64,000 nucleotides of DNA, from NCBI GenBank assembly GCA_944385935.1, contig CALWZC010000004.1, positions 75,426-139,425 on the forward strand, given 5' to 3'. Within the stretch, counting starts at the first letter, position 1, and every line of letters starts with the position of its first letter. This DNA is from an uncultured Anaerofilum sp. Lineage in GTDB: Bacteria; Bacillota; Clostridia; Oscillospirales; Ruminococcaceae. Made by a program: the position numbers and the translations under genes. This document shows positions 28,301 through 38,114 of this stretch, in pieces. The notes under the pieces were generated by a model, which made no database searches, was not told the origin of the DNA, and was given only the letters and a program-made list of their open reading frames with translations.

Positions 28301-28681
28301 ATGGTGCATATCTTTATAGATAATAAAAGTGGTGCTCCCATCTATGACCAAATCTATACCCAGATTAAAAATCAAATTATTAGCGGAGAGCTGGAGGAAA
28401 ATCAGCCTTTGCCTTCTATTCGTAATTTGGCGAAGGATTTGCGGGTGAGTGTAATCACAACAAAGCGAGCCTATGATGAATTGGAACGGGAGGGATTTAT
28501 TTACACATTGCCAGCAAAGGGGTGCTTTATTGCTCCCAAAAATGTGGAGCTTTTAAAGGAAGAAACCTTGAAAAAAATAGAACAACATATACAAGAAATT
28601 ATGCAGTTGGGTGCAGTTTGCAACCTTACAAACGAAGAACTATTAGAAATGGTTCGAGTGAATTTGGAGGAATTACCATGA
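28301..28681 (+). CDS. GntR family (YtrA subfamily) transcriptional regulator
   Basis: 126 aa; HTH IRNLAKDLRVSVITTKRAYDELEREGFI; short C-terminal helices; AGAGGTGAT RBS. Confidence 0.8.
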   Translation: MVHIFIDNKSGAPIYDQIYTQIKNQIISGELEENQPLPSIRNLAKDLRVSVITTKRAYDELEREGFIYTLPAKGCFIAPKNVELLKEETLKKIEQHIQEIMQLGAVCNLTNEELLEMVRVNLEELP

Positions 28682-29520
28682 ATGCTTTGGAAATTACCAA
28701 CCTAACAAAGAAATACAAGGATTTTCAACTGGATAATCTCAATCTTACATTACCAAGTGGCTGCATTTTGGGGTTGATTGGGGAAAATGGTGCAGGCAAA
28801 AGCACAACCATCAAATTGATTTTAGATATGATAAAAAAGGACAGTGGAACCATCACAATTTTTGGCAAAGACAATCAAACAGATATACACCTTACCAAAC
28901 AGGATATTGGCGTAGTTTTGGATGATGTGGGCATTCCTGAACAGTTTACCCCAAAGCAAGTGGGAAAAATTATGGAACATACTTTTGCTAATTGGGACAA
29001 TGCCTTGTATGAAAGATACATCAATCAATTACAAATTCCAAAGGAAAAAATCTTTAAAGAGTTTTCTCGTGGTATGAAGATGAAGCTGGGCATTGCAGTG
29101 GCAATGGCACATCATCCCAAATTGTTGATTTTAGACGAGGCAACTTCTGGGCTAGACCCTGTGGTTCGAGATGAAGTAGTGGAGATGTTTGGGGAGTTTA
29201 CTCGTGATGAAAGCCATTCTGTGTTGATTTCCTCCCACATTGTTAGCGATTTGGAAAAAATTTGTGATTATATCGCCTTTTTACACAAGGGAAAATTGCT
29301 TTTGATGGAAGAAAAAGATATACTTCTGGAGCAATACGGAATTTTGCAGTGCACACAGGAGCAACTTGCTCAGTTGCCCCAGCAGGCAATCAAGGGGAAA
29401 AAGGTGCTTCCCTATGGAGTGCAAGCACTGGTGCAAAAAGAATTTATTCCAGATGGAATGGATGTTCTTCCAGTAACCATAGAAGAACTGTTTATTTTTA
29501 TGGTAAAGGAGTGTGCTTGA
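28678..29520 (+). CDS. ABC transporter ATP-binding protein
   Basis: ATGA start/stop overlap with GntR gene; Walker A GENGAGKST, signature, LILDEATSGLD. Confidence 0.9.
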   Translation: MNALEITNLTKKYKDFQLDNLNLTLPSGCILGLIGENGAGKSTTIKLILDMIKKDSGTITIFGKDNQTDIHLTKQDIGVVLDDVGIPEQFTPKQVGKIMEHTFANWDNALYERYINQLQIPKEKIFKEFSRGMKMKLGIAVAMAHHPKLLILDEATSGLDPVVRDEVVEMFGEFTRDESHSVLISSHIVSDLEKICDYIAFLHKGKLLLMEEKDILLEQYGILQCTQEQLAQLPQQAIKGKKVLPYGVQALVQKEFIPDGMDVLPVTIEELFIFMVKECA

Positions 29521-29521
29521 T

Positions 29522-30145
29522 ATGAAAGGGCTATTGCTAAAAGATTTTTACATGACAATCAAATATGGTAAAACTTTGTTTCTGGTGGTCTTGGTTTTTT
29601 GGGCAATTTCTTGTTTTGATGATGGGGGAAGTTTTTTCCTGGTATACCCTATGATTTTAGCCGGAGTGCTTCCAATGTCCCTGATTTCTTTGGATGAACG
29701 GGAAAAATGGGTACAATACAGCGGAACATTGCCGTATACCAGAGCACAGTTAGTATCTTCAAAATATATCATAGGGCTTTTGTTGGGCGTTGGAGCATTT
29801 ATTCTTTCTATGGCGACTACTGCTGGCCGTATGTGGATGAATGGATATTTTTCTTTGTTAGAGTTTGGAACAATAGCCTCTCTTCTTCTTGTGTTGGGGT
29901 TGTTGCCGCCCACCATTTTACTGCCCTTTGTTTTCAAATTTGGAGCAGAAAAAGGCAGAATCATGTTTTATGTGGTGATTGGCTTGGCAACTGCTATTGG
30001 TACTTTATTGGCAGGGTTTGGATTTCAAATGCAGATGCAGACCAATGAATTTGCAATACTATTTGTAATGTGCACTGTGGCAGTATTGTTATATCTTGGC
30101 TCTTGGTGCCTTTCCGTTGCTTTTTATAAAAAACGAGAATTATAA
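29522..30145 (+). CDS. ABC-2 family transporter membrane protein
   Basis: 6 TM helices, follows the ATPase. Confidence 0.6.
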   Translation: MKGLLLKDFYMTIKYGKTLFLVVLVFWAISCFDDGGSFFLVYPMILAGVLPMSLISLDEREKWVQYSGTLPYTRAQLVSSKYIIGLLLGVGAFILSMATTAGRMWMNGYFSLLEFGTIASLLLVLGLLPPTILLPFVFKFGAEKGRIMFYVVIGLATAIGTLLAGFGFQMQMQTNEFAILFVMCTVAVLLYLGSWCLSVAFYKKREL

Positions 30146-30309
30146 TGTACAAAAAGGTTTTGTTTTTTCAAAAAGAGAACAGAACCTTTTTCTTTTGGTG
30201 TATTTTTCTGACAAAATGCCCTCTTTTTGCTAAAGTTCTGTTCACAAGTGAACAGAAATATGGTAGAATTACAAAAACATCTATCCATGACAAAGGAGGG
30301 AAAGCATCA

Positions 30310-31506
30310 ATGGACTTGACACAAGAAAAAGTGGAAAATTTTGTGTGCGAGAATTGCGGCGGAACATTAAAATGGAATATAGCAAAAAAGCAATTGGAGT
30401 GTGGGTCTTGTCACACTCCCTATACTCTGCAACAGGAATCTGTTATACAAGAGCATCCCTTTGAGGAATATCATCAGCGTGAGCAGCGAACAGAAGCATT
30501 TCCTGATGAAACAGTGGTAAAGTGTAACTCTTGTGGTGCAGAAGTAGTGTTTGATAGAGATGACACGGCAAAGGTCTGCCCTATGTGTGGGGCAACTCAG
30601 ATTTTGCCACAAAAGCAGGTGCAAGGTGTTCCACCAGATGGAGTTTTGCCCTTTGAAATAGATAAACAGGCAGCCCAGCAAAAATTTAAAAAATGGGTAA
30701 GAAGTCGTTGGTTTGCCCCCAATAAGCTAAAAACCGTTTACCAAGAGGGAAAACTGAATGGGGTGTATATTCCTTTCTGGACCTTTGACACACAAGCAAA
30801 TGGCGAGTACCATGGTAGAGGTGGCAAGGAGCATGTTCGAGAGGACAAAGACGGCAACAGACGTGTGGAAGTTCGTTGGATACCTGTAAGCGGGCATGTG
30901 GGAAAATTTTTTGATGATATCCAAATTTCTGCCTCCATGGGACAGGTGAATGAGGTTGTAGATAAGGTTTTACCCTATTCTACACAAACAAAGCTACATG
31001 GATATTCTCCTATGTATCTTTCGGGATTTTCGGCAGAACGATATGCCATTCCAGCAACACAGGCCGCCGAAACCATGAAAGAGAAAGTTCGGCGAGAGTT
31101 GAAACGGATGGCAGAGGAGGATATTCGGTCAAGAGGGTTTGACCGAGCAGATGTACAACACTTGAAACTGGATTTAGAAGATACTACCTATAAGCAAGTG
31201 TTGTTACCTGCATGGTTTTCTTCCTATGCCTACGGAAAAAAGCAGTATATGTACATTATCAATGGTGAGACCGGCGAAGTAGGAGGACAGAGGCCTTATA
31301 GCATCCCCAAAATTGCAGCGGCTGTTGTGGCTGCACTTGCGTTGGTGGGGCTAATTGTTTGGGGCTCTTCCGAAAAAACAGAGGCAGCCGTTTTTGCCAC
31401 ACCAACCACAGAGGTGGTTTATCAGCAGGAACAACCTGCAAATACAATTTTGATGAAAGAAGGAAATGCAAATGGCTTGGTTTGGACAAGGAAAGGACAC
31501 AATTGA
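30310..31506 (+). CDS. double-zinc-ribbon protein with C-terminal TM anchor (YdjG-like)
   Basis: Start MDLTQ after AAGGAGGG; two CxxC...CxxC ribbons (CENCGG..CGSCH; CNSCGA..CPMCG); central conserved domain; TM helix IPKIAAAVVAALALVGLIVWG. Confidence 0.5.
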   Translation: MDLTQEKVENFVCENCGGTLKWNIAKKQLECGSCHTPYTLQQESVIQEHPFEEYHQREQRTEAFPDETVVKCNSCGAEVVFDRDDTAKVCPMCGATQILPQKQVQGVPPDGVLPFEIDKQAAQQKFKKWVRSRWFAPNKLKTVYQEGKLNGVYIPFWTFDTQANGEYHGRGGKEHVREDKDGNRRVEVRWIPVSGHVGKFFDDIQISASMGQVNEVVDKVLPYSTQTKLHGYSPMYLSGFSAERYAIPATQAAETMKEKVRRELKRMAEEDIRSRGFDRADVQHLKLDLEDTTYKQVLLPAWFSSYAYGKKQYMYIINGETGEVGGQRPYSIPKIAAAVVAALALVGLIVWGSSEKTEAAVFATPTTEVVYQQEQPANTILMKEGNANGLVWTRKGHN

Positions 31507-32530
31507 GTGGGAAGAATTTCGAGATGATGTGCTATTTTACAAATGGCCCGGAAAGGAGATTAAAAAGGGTGCTCATCTAATTTTGCGCCCCGGACAAAAG
31601 GCAATCTTCTATGCAGATGGAGAAGTGGGAGCAGTATTTGAACGAGAGGGCAACTTTGATATTGCGTCGGAAATTGTACCCTTCTTTTCTACTCTAAAGG
31701 GATGGTTTAGCCTGCGAGGGGACAGCGGTATGCGGGCAGAGGTCTATTTTGTAAATGCAAAACAGCTTTTGCTCAACTGGGGAACCCGTCAGCGTGTAAT
31801 GATTCCTACCCCACAGGTTCCCGCAGGAATTCCAGTAGGTTGCAATGGTAATCTGGTGGTTGCTTTCCGAGATTATCAGCGGTTTATTCAAACAGTAGCT
31901 GGAGTACGCAGTACATATAGCCTAGAGGATATTTCTGAGCGAATTATGGGAGAACTAAGCCCCATTCTTTCTGAGGCAATTCTAGGCAAACAACAAATGA
32001 TAGGTGTCAATGCTTTGACAGGCCTCCAGCAAAACAGTAGAACCATTAGCAAGTTTATCTGTGAGGAATTGGACAAAGAGCTTTCTGATTTTGGTTTAGG
32101 TGTACAGGATGTCAATATTTTGGCATTCAATTACCCACCAGAAGTAGAAGCAATGGCTGCCAAAGTTGCTGGGCAAGCATTTGTAGGGGATGTAGGACGA
32201 TATGCCACCATCAGCATGGCAGATAGCTTTTCCACACCCAATGCAGCAGGTTCTGCAGCGGCTGGTGGCATGGGCTTAGCAATGGGTATGCAGATGGCAG
32301 GGCAGATGATGGGTACAATGGCAGGACAACAAAACCAGCAACCCCAACAACCCGCACAAACCTGTACAGCCTGTGGAATGAGTATACCCCAAGGGGCTAA
32401 ATTCTGCCCGGGATGTGGTGCAGCTGTGACCGCCGCACCCCAACAAACAGAAGGAGACCGCTTCTGTCCCAATTGCCGCAAAATGGTTTCTGGTAATTTC
32501 TGCCCAGATTGTGGAACAAAAACAGTATAA
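31472..32530 (+). CDS. SPFH/Band-7-like (Band_7_1, YdjI-like) protein with C-terminal double zinc ribbon
   Basis: SPFH-like N-domain; Gly/Met/Gln-rich linker; C-terminal CTACG..CPGCG and CPNCR..CPDCG ribbons. Confidence 0.55.
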   Translation: MAWFGQGKDTIEWEEFRDDVLFYKWPGKEIKKGAHLILRPGQKAIFYADGEVGAVFEREGNFDIASEIVPFFSTLKGWFSLRGDSGMRAEVYFVNAKQLLLNWGTRQRVMIPTPQVPAGIPVGCNGNLVVAFRDYQRFIQTVAGVRSTYSLEDISERIMGELSPILSEAILGKQQMIGVNALTGLQQNSRTISKFICEELDKELSDFGLGVQDVNILAFNYPPEVEAMAAKVAGQAFVGDVGRYATISMADSFSTPNAAGSAAAGGMGLAMGMQMAGQMMGTMAGQQNQQPQQPAQTCTACGMSIPQGAKFCPGCGAAVTAAPQQTEGDRFCPNCRKMVSGNFCPDCGTKTV

Positions 32531-32593
32531 AACGTAACTGACCTTATAGTTTATTGAAATATCTTGTTCTATCTGGACTATTGTTGCTTTTTA

Positions 32594-32635
32594 GCCGCAA
32601 AAACATGGATTTTTTCATGTTTTGCGGCTTTTTTT
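32594..32635 (+). terminator. rho-independent terminator
   Basis: GCCGCAAAA...TTTTGCGGC stem then TTTTTTT. Confidence 0.85.
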
Positions 32636-32786
32636 AATTGAATTTTTAGGGGAAATAGCTTTTTTTATTTGCTTTTTGTTACTAAATAACAAGAAAAATG
32701 AAGCATTTTTGTAACAGAAAGTTATTTTCTGTAAAATATGCCTGATTTTATTTGCAGTATGGGAAAAAAGTTTGTTTTTTTAACAC

Positions 32787-32814
32787 TTGCTTTCCTGTTA
32801 AGATGTGATATAAT
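32787..32814 (+). promoter_or_regulatory. promoter of V-ATPase operon (-35 TTGCTT, 16 nt, extended -10 TGaTATAAT)
   Basis: TTGCTT 32787-32792; TG 32806-32807; TATAAT 32809-32814. Confidence 0.5.
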
Positions 32815-32882
32815 TCTAACAGGTAATCTTTATATTAGAAAAATCTAATGAATTGTTTTGTGTTAGAAAGGGGTGCCTAAAA

Positions 32883-33206
32883 ATGAGTAATGAAACAAAT
32901 GTTTTGTTACAGTCGGTGTTGGAAATGGACCGGCAAGAACGGCTACGCACACAGGAGGCGGAGGACTACCGTGGAAAGGCCATGGCTCAGCTGGAGGACA
33001 GCCGTAAGGACATTCACCAAAAACACCAGCAGTTGGCACAGCAAAAAATAGAAGCATATACCCAACAGGAAAATGAACGTATGCAACAAACCTTGCAGAC
33101 CTTACAACAAAAAAGTGCAGCAGTAAAGCAAACACTAAACGCCACAAAGTCTGCCAAACAGGAACAATGGGTAGAAACAATTTTTGAGCGTGTTTTGGAA
33201 AGGTGA
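32883..33206 (+). CDS. V/A-type ATPase small coiled-coil stalk subunit (G/H-like)
   Basis: 108 aa, entirely helical, charged and Q-rich; first gene of the V-ATPase operon. Confidence 0.55.
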   Translation: MSNETNVLLQSVLEMDRQERLRTQEAEDYRGKAMAQLEDSRKDIHQKHQQLAQQKIEAYTQQENERMQQTLQTLQQKSAAVKQTLNATKSAKQEQWVETIFERVLER

Positions 33207-33214
33207 GGCGTTTT

Positions 33215-34273
33215 ATGGCAATTCCTTCCTTTGGTTCAAATGCAGTGTTGGCAAAGTGCCGTGCAATGTATGGCAAAAGCCTGACTGCTCGCAATTATAC
33301 AGAGTTGCTTGCCTGCCATACTGTGCCGGAAGTAGCAGCTTACTTGAAAACAAAAACCCATTATGCTTCTTGTTTGTCGGGGGTTACTCCTCAAGTAATT
33401 CACCGTGAACAGTTGGAAATTTTATTAAAGCGGTATCTGTTTGGACAATATGCTGCCCTTAGTCGATATGAAATTAGCTTAGGGCAGGATTTTTATTCCT
33501 ATTTTGTGGTAAAAAGCGAACTGGAAATGGTTTTAGCACAACTGCATAAAATCAATGCACAGGAACATATCCCTGTTATGGGCGCAGAGCCTGATTTTGT
33601 AAAAAAGTTTTCTCAGCTAAATGAAAGCAAAATTTCCTCTGCAAATAATCTCATGCAGTTGGCACACGCTTTGGATGGCACTCCCTATGGCAAAATTATT
33701 CATTCCTTTGTGGAAAAAACAACTTTTGATTTGCAAAGAGATGGCACATTGGAAATTGAAGCAGCCTTGATGGACTACGAGTATAGTGTCATGGAGGAGC
33801 TTTCCCAGAAACATCTAAAAGGAAAACAGTTGCAAGAAGTACTGGAAATTTTGAAACGTCAAAGCGATGTACAGGCAATTATCAATATGTTCCGTATGAA
33901 GAAGATGTTGCAATCTCCCAGTATGTATGTACGGCGCAGAGTTTCCATGCAACACACACAGCTTTCTTCTCAAAAAATCAATCAGCTTTTGGATGCGGAA
34001 AATGAGGAAGATTTTGTACGGGTGCTAAAAACTACCAGCTATGGAAAAGAACTGGCAAAGGTGGCATACGACTATATTGAAGAGGGAATGCAAAAGGTGC
34101 AGTACCATTTTCATTTAAAAAAATTCCGTTTTTCCACCAATCCCAGTGCAGTTATGCTGTGCTATTTGTTTTTGGCAGAAAATGAATTGACCAATGTTAC
34201 CCACATTATAGAGGGCATTCGATATGGAATGTCGCCAGAAGAAATTGAACGTCTTTTGGTAGGAATCCAGTGA
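33215..34273 (+). CDS. ntpC: V/A-type ATPase subunit C (V0 d)
   Basis: 352 aa helical protein, N-terminal pattern resembles NtpC/AtpC; operon context. Confidence 0.7.
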   Translation: MAIPSFGSNAVLAKCRAMYGKSLTARNYTELLACHTVPEVAAYLKTKTHYASCLSGVTPQVIHREQLEILLKRYLFGQYAALSRYEISLGQDFYSYFVVKSELEMVLAQLHKINAQEHIPVMGAEPDFVKKFSQLNESKISSANNLMQLAHALDGTPYGKIIHSFVEKTTFDLQRDGTLEIEAALMDYEYSVMEELSQKHLKGKQLQEVLEILKRQSDVQAIINMFRMKKMLQSPSMYVRRRVSMQHTQLSSQKINQLLDAENEEDFVRVLKTTSYGKELAKVAYDYIEEGMQKVQYHFHLKKFRFSTNPSAVMLCYLFLAENELTNVTHIIEGIRYGMSPEEIERLLVGIQ

Positions 34274-34290
34274 GGAAGGAGAGGTAAACC

Positions 34291-35253
34291 GTGTTTTTTG
34301 ATGAAAAAATACAGTTGGTATGGGTGGATGGCTCGGTGCAGCTTTTGGAAAGTTTTGTACAGAAGTGTTGCATGGGGGATGAACGTGTACATCCTACCAC
34401 AGCCAGCGATAAAATGAGCGCAGGCATGGGCTTTGCCCCCCCAGAAATAGAAAATAATTGGGCGCAGCGCATTGAGGAAATGGAACAGATGGCCCAAGGG
34501 CTGGAACTTCCAGTGGTAGAGCCTGCTTTTGAGGATGCTCGTTCTCCCAAATTGGATGGATATTTGCAGCGAGTCAAAACCGCTTTGGATGAGAAACGGA
34601 ATATTCTGAAAGATTTGGAGGCACAACAGGTTTTGTGTCAGCAGGGCATAGAGCAATTTTCCCATTTTGAAGAACTGGATGTGGATTTGAGCAAAGCTCT
34701 TGAATGTGAATACATTTCCATCCGTTTTGGAAAACTGCCCAAAGCTGGGTTTGAAACTCTGTTGAGGGAACACGGCGATGACCCTTATGTGTTCTTTATT
34801 CGGTGCAGCGAAGACAAGGATTTTTACTGGGGAATGTATTTTGCTCCCCGTGAAAAACGAGCTTTGGTAGATGGTATCTTTGCAGGCTTGTACTTTGAAC
34901 GAGTACGGTTGCCCGGTGCAGGGGGAACCCCAAAAGAAATTGTAGAAAATCTTCAACACAATGTAGAGATTTTGCGCAGCCAAATTTTGCAAGCACAAGA
35001 CCAACTACAACAGGTATGGGGAGCAGAAAAATGGCGTTGCGCTGGTATTTATGCCTCTTTTTGCAGTTTGGCCCGTGTAGCAGAGTTGTGCAAGTGTGCT
35101 GCTGTGCGGGGAGAGCATTTCTTCTATGCAGTATGGGTGGAACAAACTGCTATGGAAGCCTTTGTATCTCGCTGCGAATCTGTGGGCAAACTGCATATGG
35201 CAATGGATATGACCCTTCCCAGAAAGAAATGGAAACAGCTCCATCAGCAATAA
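34291..35253 (+). CDS. stand-alone paralog of the soluble N-terminal domain of V-ATPase subunit I
   Basis: GTG start after AGGAGAGG; 320 aa, no TM; alignable along its length to residues 1-330 of the downstream subunit I (shared IQLVWVDG/MKLVRVDG, DDPYVFF, YWG.YF.P, LYFER). Confidence 0.6.
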   Translation: MFFDEKIQLVWVDGSVQLLESFVQKCCMGDERVHPTTASDKMSAGMGFAPPEIENNWAQRIEEMEQMAQGLELPVVEPAFEDARSPKLDGYLQRVKTALDEKRNILKDLEAQQVLCQQGIEQFSHFEELDVDLSKALECEYISIRFGKLPKAGFETLLREHGDDPYVFFIRCSEDKDFYWGMYFAPREKRALVDGIFAGLYFERVRLPGAGGTPKEIVENLQHNVEILRSQILQAQDQLQQVWGAEKWRCAGIYASFCSLARVAELCKCAAVRGEHFFYAVWVEQTAMEAFVSRCESVGKLHMAMDMTLPRKKWKQLHQQ

Positions 35254-35294
35254 CGGCGGCTTATACCGCATGAGAAAGGACGATGAACTGATTC

Positions 35295-37226
35295 GTGGCC
35301 ATTGAAAAAATGAAGCTCGTCCGAGTGGATGGGCTGCTCAGTCAGTTGGATGATTTTATCCTGCGATGTTGCATTAATGGTGATTTTCAACCTGAACCTG
35401 CTATCCAGTATATGTCTGCTTCCAGTAAAAACATGTCCTTGGTGGAGGAAAACCCCTATCCACCTATGGTGCAGGCAGTAGAAGAATTGTTTGCTCTGGC
35501 AGAATATACCCCCCAAGAGGATAATAAAACCGAAAAAGAACGTACCATAGACCCCAAAGCCTTGGAAGCAGTGCAAACTGTAAAAGAAGAGTTGAAAGTT
35601 TTACAGCAACAGCAAAAAACACAACAGCGAGAACTGGCACAGCTTCAAGAGCGCAGCAACCAATATTCCCACTTTGAGTCGTTGGAAACTCCCCTAGAGG
35701 AACTGGAGGCGACAAAGTATATCAATATCCGTTTTGGATTTTTGCCGGGAGAGAGCTATCAAAAAATGCAGACCAGTTATGCAGATGACCCTTATGTATT
35801 TTTTGTGCCTTGCAGTCAGGAAAATGGCGGATATTGGGGATTATACTTTACCCCTCATCGGGTAGCAGATGAGATTGATGGCATTTTTTCCATGCTGTAC
35901 TTTGAGAGAATTTCTTTGGAAAACGATACTGGTACAGTAAAAGAAATTATGCAAAAGCTGCAAACACAAATCGACCAGTTGCAGCAAGAACTGGACAAAA
36001 CCAATGCAGCCATACAAAAGTTGTGGGAAGAAAATAAAGAATATTGCATTGGTGTGTACAGCCAGTTGAAATGGTTAGACCAAGTGTTTGAACTGCGGCA
36101 TTATGCAGCTTATCGGGATAACTATTTCTTCTATGTGGGATGGATTCCTGAAAGAGCTGTGCCAGAGTTTAGCAAGCAGGTAAAATCTCTGCGCAATATG
36201 AAAATTACCGTTACCGACCCCAGCAAACAGGACAAAATTGCTCCGCCGGTAAAGTTAAGGAACCTTTTACCCTTCCGGCCCTTTGAGATGTTTGTTGGAA
36301 TGTATGGCCTTCCCAGTTATGGAGAAATGGACATCACCGAATTTGTTGCCATTACATTTACTTTATTGTTTGGCATTATGTTTGGTGATATGGGACAGGG
36401 AGCTGTGCTTGCCATTGGTGCCTTTATCCTGTATAAGTGGAAGGGTATTGCTTTGGCGAAACTGGTTATTCCTTGTGGAATTTCTTCCATGTTCTTTGGG
36501 TTCATTTTCGGTTCGGTATTTGGATTTGAACATTTGCTAGACCCGGTATACCACGCCTTAGGCTGGAAAGGAAAGCCACTGGAAGTAATGGAATCCATCA
36601 ACACAGTGCTATTGGTTGCCATTGGTATTGGTGTTTCCTTGGTAATTGCTTCTATGTTGCTAAATGTTGTCGCTTCTGCACGAAAAGGACATTGGGGAGA
36701 GGCTATCTTCTCCAACAATGGTTTGGTAGGATTGGCAGTGTATATTTCTGGTGTAAACCTAGTAAGTGGATTTATGGGCGGCCCCAGCCCCATCCCTGCG
36801 CAAGTGGGACAATTCCTCATTGGTGCTGGTCTGGTTTTGCTGTTCTTTAAAGAGGTGCTGGTAGGTAAATTTGACGGGCACCCCGACTGGAAACCAGAAA
36901 GCTGGAGCGACTATGCTATGCAGAACTTGTTTGAACTACTGGAATATGTGCTTTCTTATTTTTCAAACACTGTTTCCTTCTTGCGTGTAGGTGCTTTCGT
37001 AATTGTCCATGCTGCTATGATGATGGTGGTATTTAGTCTGGCAGGAGACCCTGCAAACCCTGTGGTTGTGGTATTGGGCAATGCTTTGGTAATCTGTTTG
37101 GAAGGTTTGCTGTCTGGTATTCAGGGATTGCGTTTGGAATTCTATGAAATGTTTAGCCGCTGCTATGAGGGCGGTGGACGTCCTTTCCGGGGAGTTCGTC
37201 TTGCACCGGAAAAACAAAAGCACTAA
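35295..37226 (+). CDS. ntpI: V/A-type ATPase subunit I (a)
   Basis: 643 aa; N-terminal soluble domain plus C-terminal multi-TM domain; start MAIEKMKLV (GTG). Confidence 0.85.
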   Translation: MAIEKMKLVRVDGLLSQLDDFILRCCINGDFQPEPAIQYMSASSKNMSLVEENPYPPMVQAVEELFALAEYTPQEDNKTEKERTIDPKALEAVQTVKEELKVLQQQQKTQQRELAQLQERSNQYSHFESLETPLEELEATKYINIRFGFLPGESYQKMQTSYADDPYVFFVPCSQENGGYWGLYFTPHRVADEIDGIFSMLYFERISLENDTGTVKEIMQKLQTQIDQLQQELDKTNAAIQKLWEENKEYCIGVYSQLKWLDQVFELRHYAAYRDNYFFYVGWIPERAVPEFSKQVKSLRNMKITVTDPSKQDKIAPPVKLRNLLPFRPFEMFVGMYGLPSYGEMDITEFVAITFTLLFGIMFGDMGQGAVLAIGAFILYKWKGIALAKLVIPCGISSMFFGFIFGSVFGFEHLLDPVYHALGWKGKPLEVMESINTVLLVAIGIGVSLVIASMLLNVVASARKGHWGEAIFSNNGLVGLAVYISGVNLVSGFMGGPSPIPAQVGQFLIGAGLVLLFFKEVLVGKFDGHPDWKPESWSDYAMQNLFELLEYVLSYFSNTVSFLRVGAFVIVHAAMMMVVFSLAGDPANPVVVVLGNALVICLEGLLSGIQGLRLEFYEMFSRCYEGGGRPFRGVRLAPEKQKH

Positions 37227-37320
37227 GTGCTACTAAATGTTTGCCATGTTTCGCACATTGTGCGATATGGAAAGTGAAAATCACTTTTATAAAATCTTTT
37301 ATCATTTGGAGGAAGAATCT

Positions 37321-37773
37321 ATGAATACTCTGTTTCAACTGTTGTTTGCACTGGCTCCCGTAGCCATTTTGATGGGAGCAACCGCTCTGATTGCTCGCAA
37401 GGTAAGCGCAGGCAAAATTAGTGTGAAGAAGTCCTTTGGTATGAACTTGGCTGTCTTTGGTGTGATTATGGTAGTAGGCTGCATGATGGCTATGACTGTA
37501 TTTGCTGCTGATGGTGCCGCTGCAATGACCGCCGCAGAGCGTGCAGCAAGCAACCAGAGCATGGGTCTGGGTCTGTTGGCTGCTGCATTGGTAACCGGTT
37601 TGGCAGGTATCGGCGGTGGTATCGCTGTTGCCGCAGGTGCTCCTGCTGCTATCGCAGCTGCAAGCGAAGACCCCAAGAGCTTTGGTAAGTCCTTGATTTT
37701 CGTTGCTTTGGGCGAGTCTATTGCATTGTATGGTGTTGTTATCTCCATCTTGATTCTGAACAAGTTGGTATAA
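37321..37773 (+). CDS. ntpK: V/A-type ATPase proteolipid subunit K (c)
   Basis: Start MNTLFQLL after GGAGG; 150 aa, 4 TM, Gly/Ala-rich. Confidence 0.85.
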   Translation: MNTLFQLLFALAPVAILMGATALIARKVSAGKISVKKSFGMNLAVFGVIMVVGCMMAMTVFAADGAAAMTAAERAASNQSMGLGLLAAALVTGLAGIGGGIAVAAGAPAAIAAASEDPKSFGKSLIFVALGESIALYGVVISILILNKLV

Positions 37774-37795
37774 GCCGGAAGGAAGGCGAAATCCA

Positions 37796-38104
37796 ATGCG
37801 TTTTTATCTAATCAGTGATAATGTAGATACATTGGTGGGCATGCGTTTGGCAGGCATTGAGGGAGTAGTAGCCCACGAAGATGCCGAGGTACAGCAAGCT
37901 CTGGATGAGGTGCTGAAAGCCGATGATATCGGCATGATTTTGGTTACTGAAAAGTTGATGCGCCAATTTGGTGAGCATTTTGACCAAGTGCGCCAAACCA
38001 TGACAAAGCCCCTAATTGTGGAAATTCCCGACCGGCATGGTGCCGTAAACGGAAAAGACCGCATTACCAAATATGTGCGTGATGCCATTGGCGTCAAGAT
38101 TTGA
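37796..38104 (+). CDS. ntpF: V/A-type ATPase subunit F
   Basis: 102 aa; MRFYLISDNVDTLVGMRLAGIEG typical of subunit F. Confidence 0.8.
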   Translation: MRFYLISDNVDTLVGMRLAGIEGVVAHEDAEVQQALDEVLKADDIGMILVTEKLMRQFGEHFDQVRQTMTKPLIVEIPDRHGAVNGKDRITKYVRDAIGVKI

Positions 38105-38114
38105 GGTGTAAAGG

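Noticed and set aside
30145-30309. N-terminal extension of the zinc-ribbon ORF
   Set aside because: No RBS is present. A strong AAGGAGGG RBS precedes the internal ATG at 30310.
34162-35004. 280-aa minus-strand ORF
   Set aside because: It is antisense to the subunit-I N-domain paralog. It has no RBS and no recognisable motifs.
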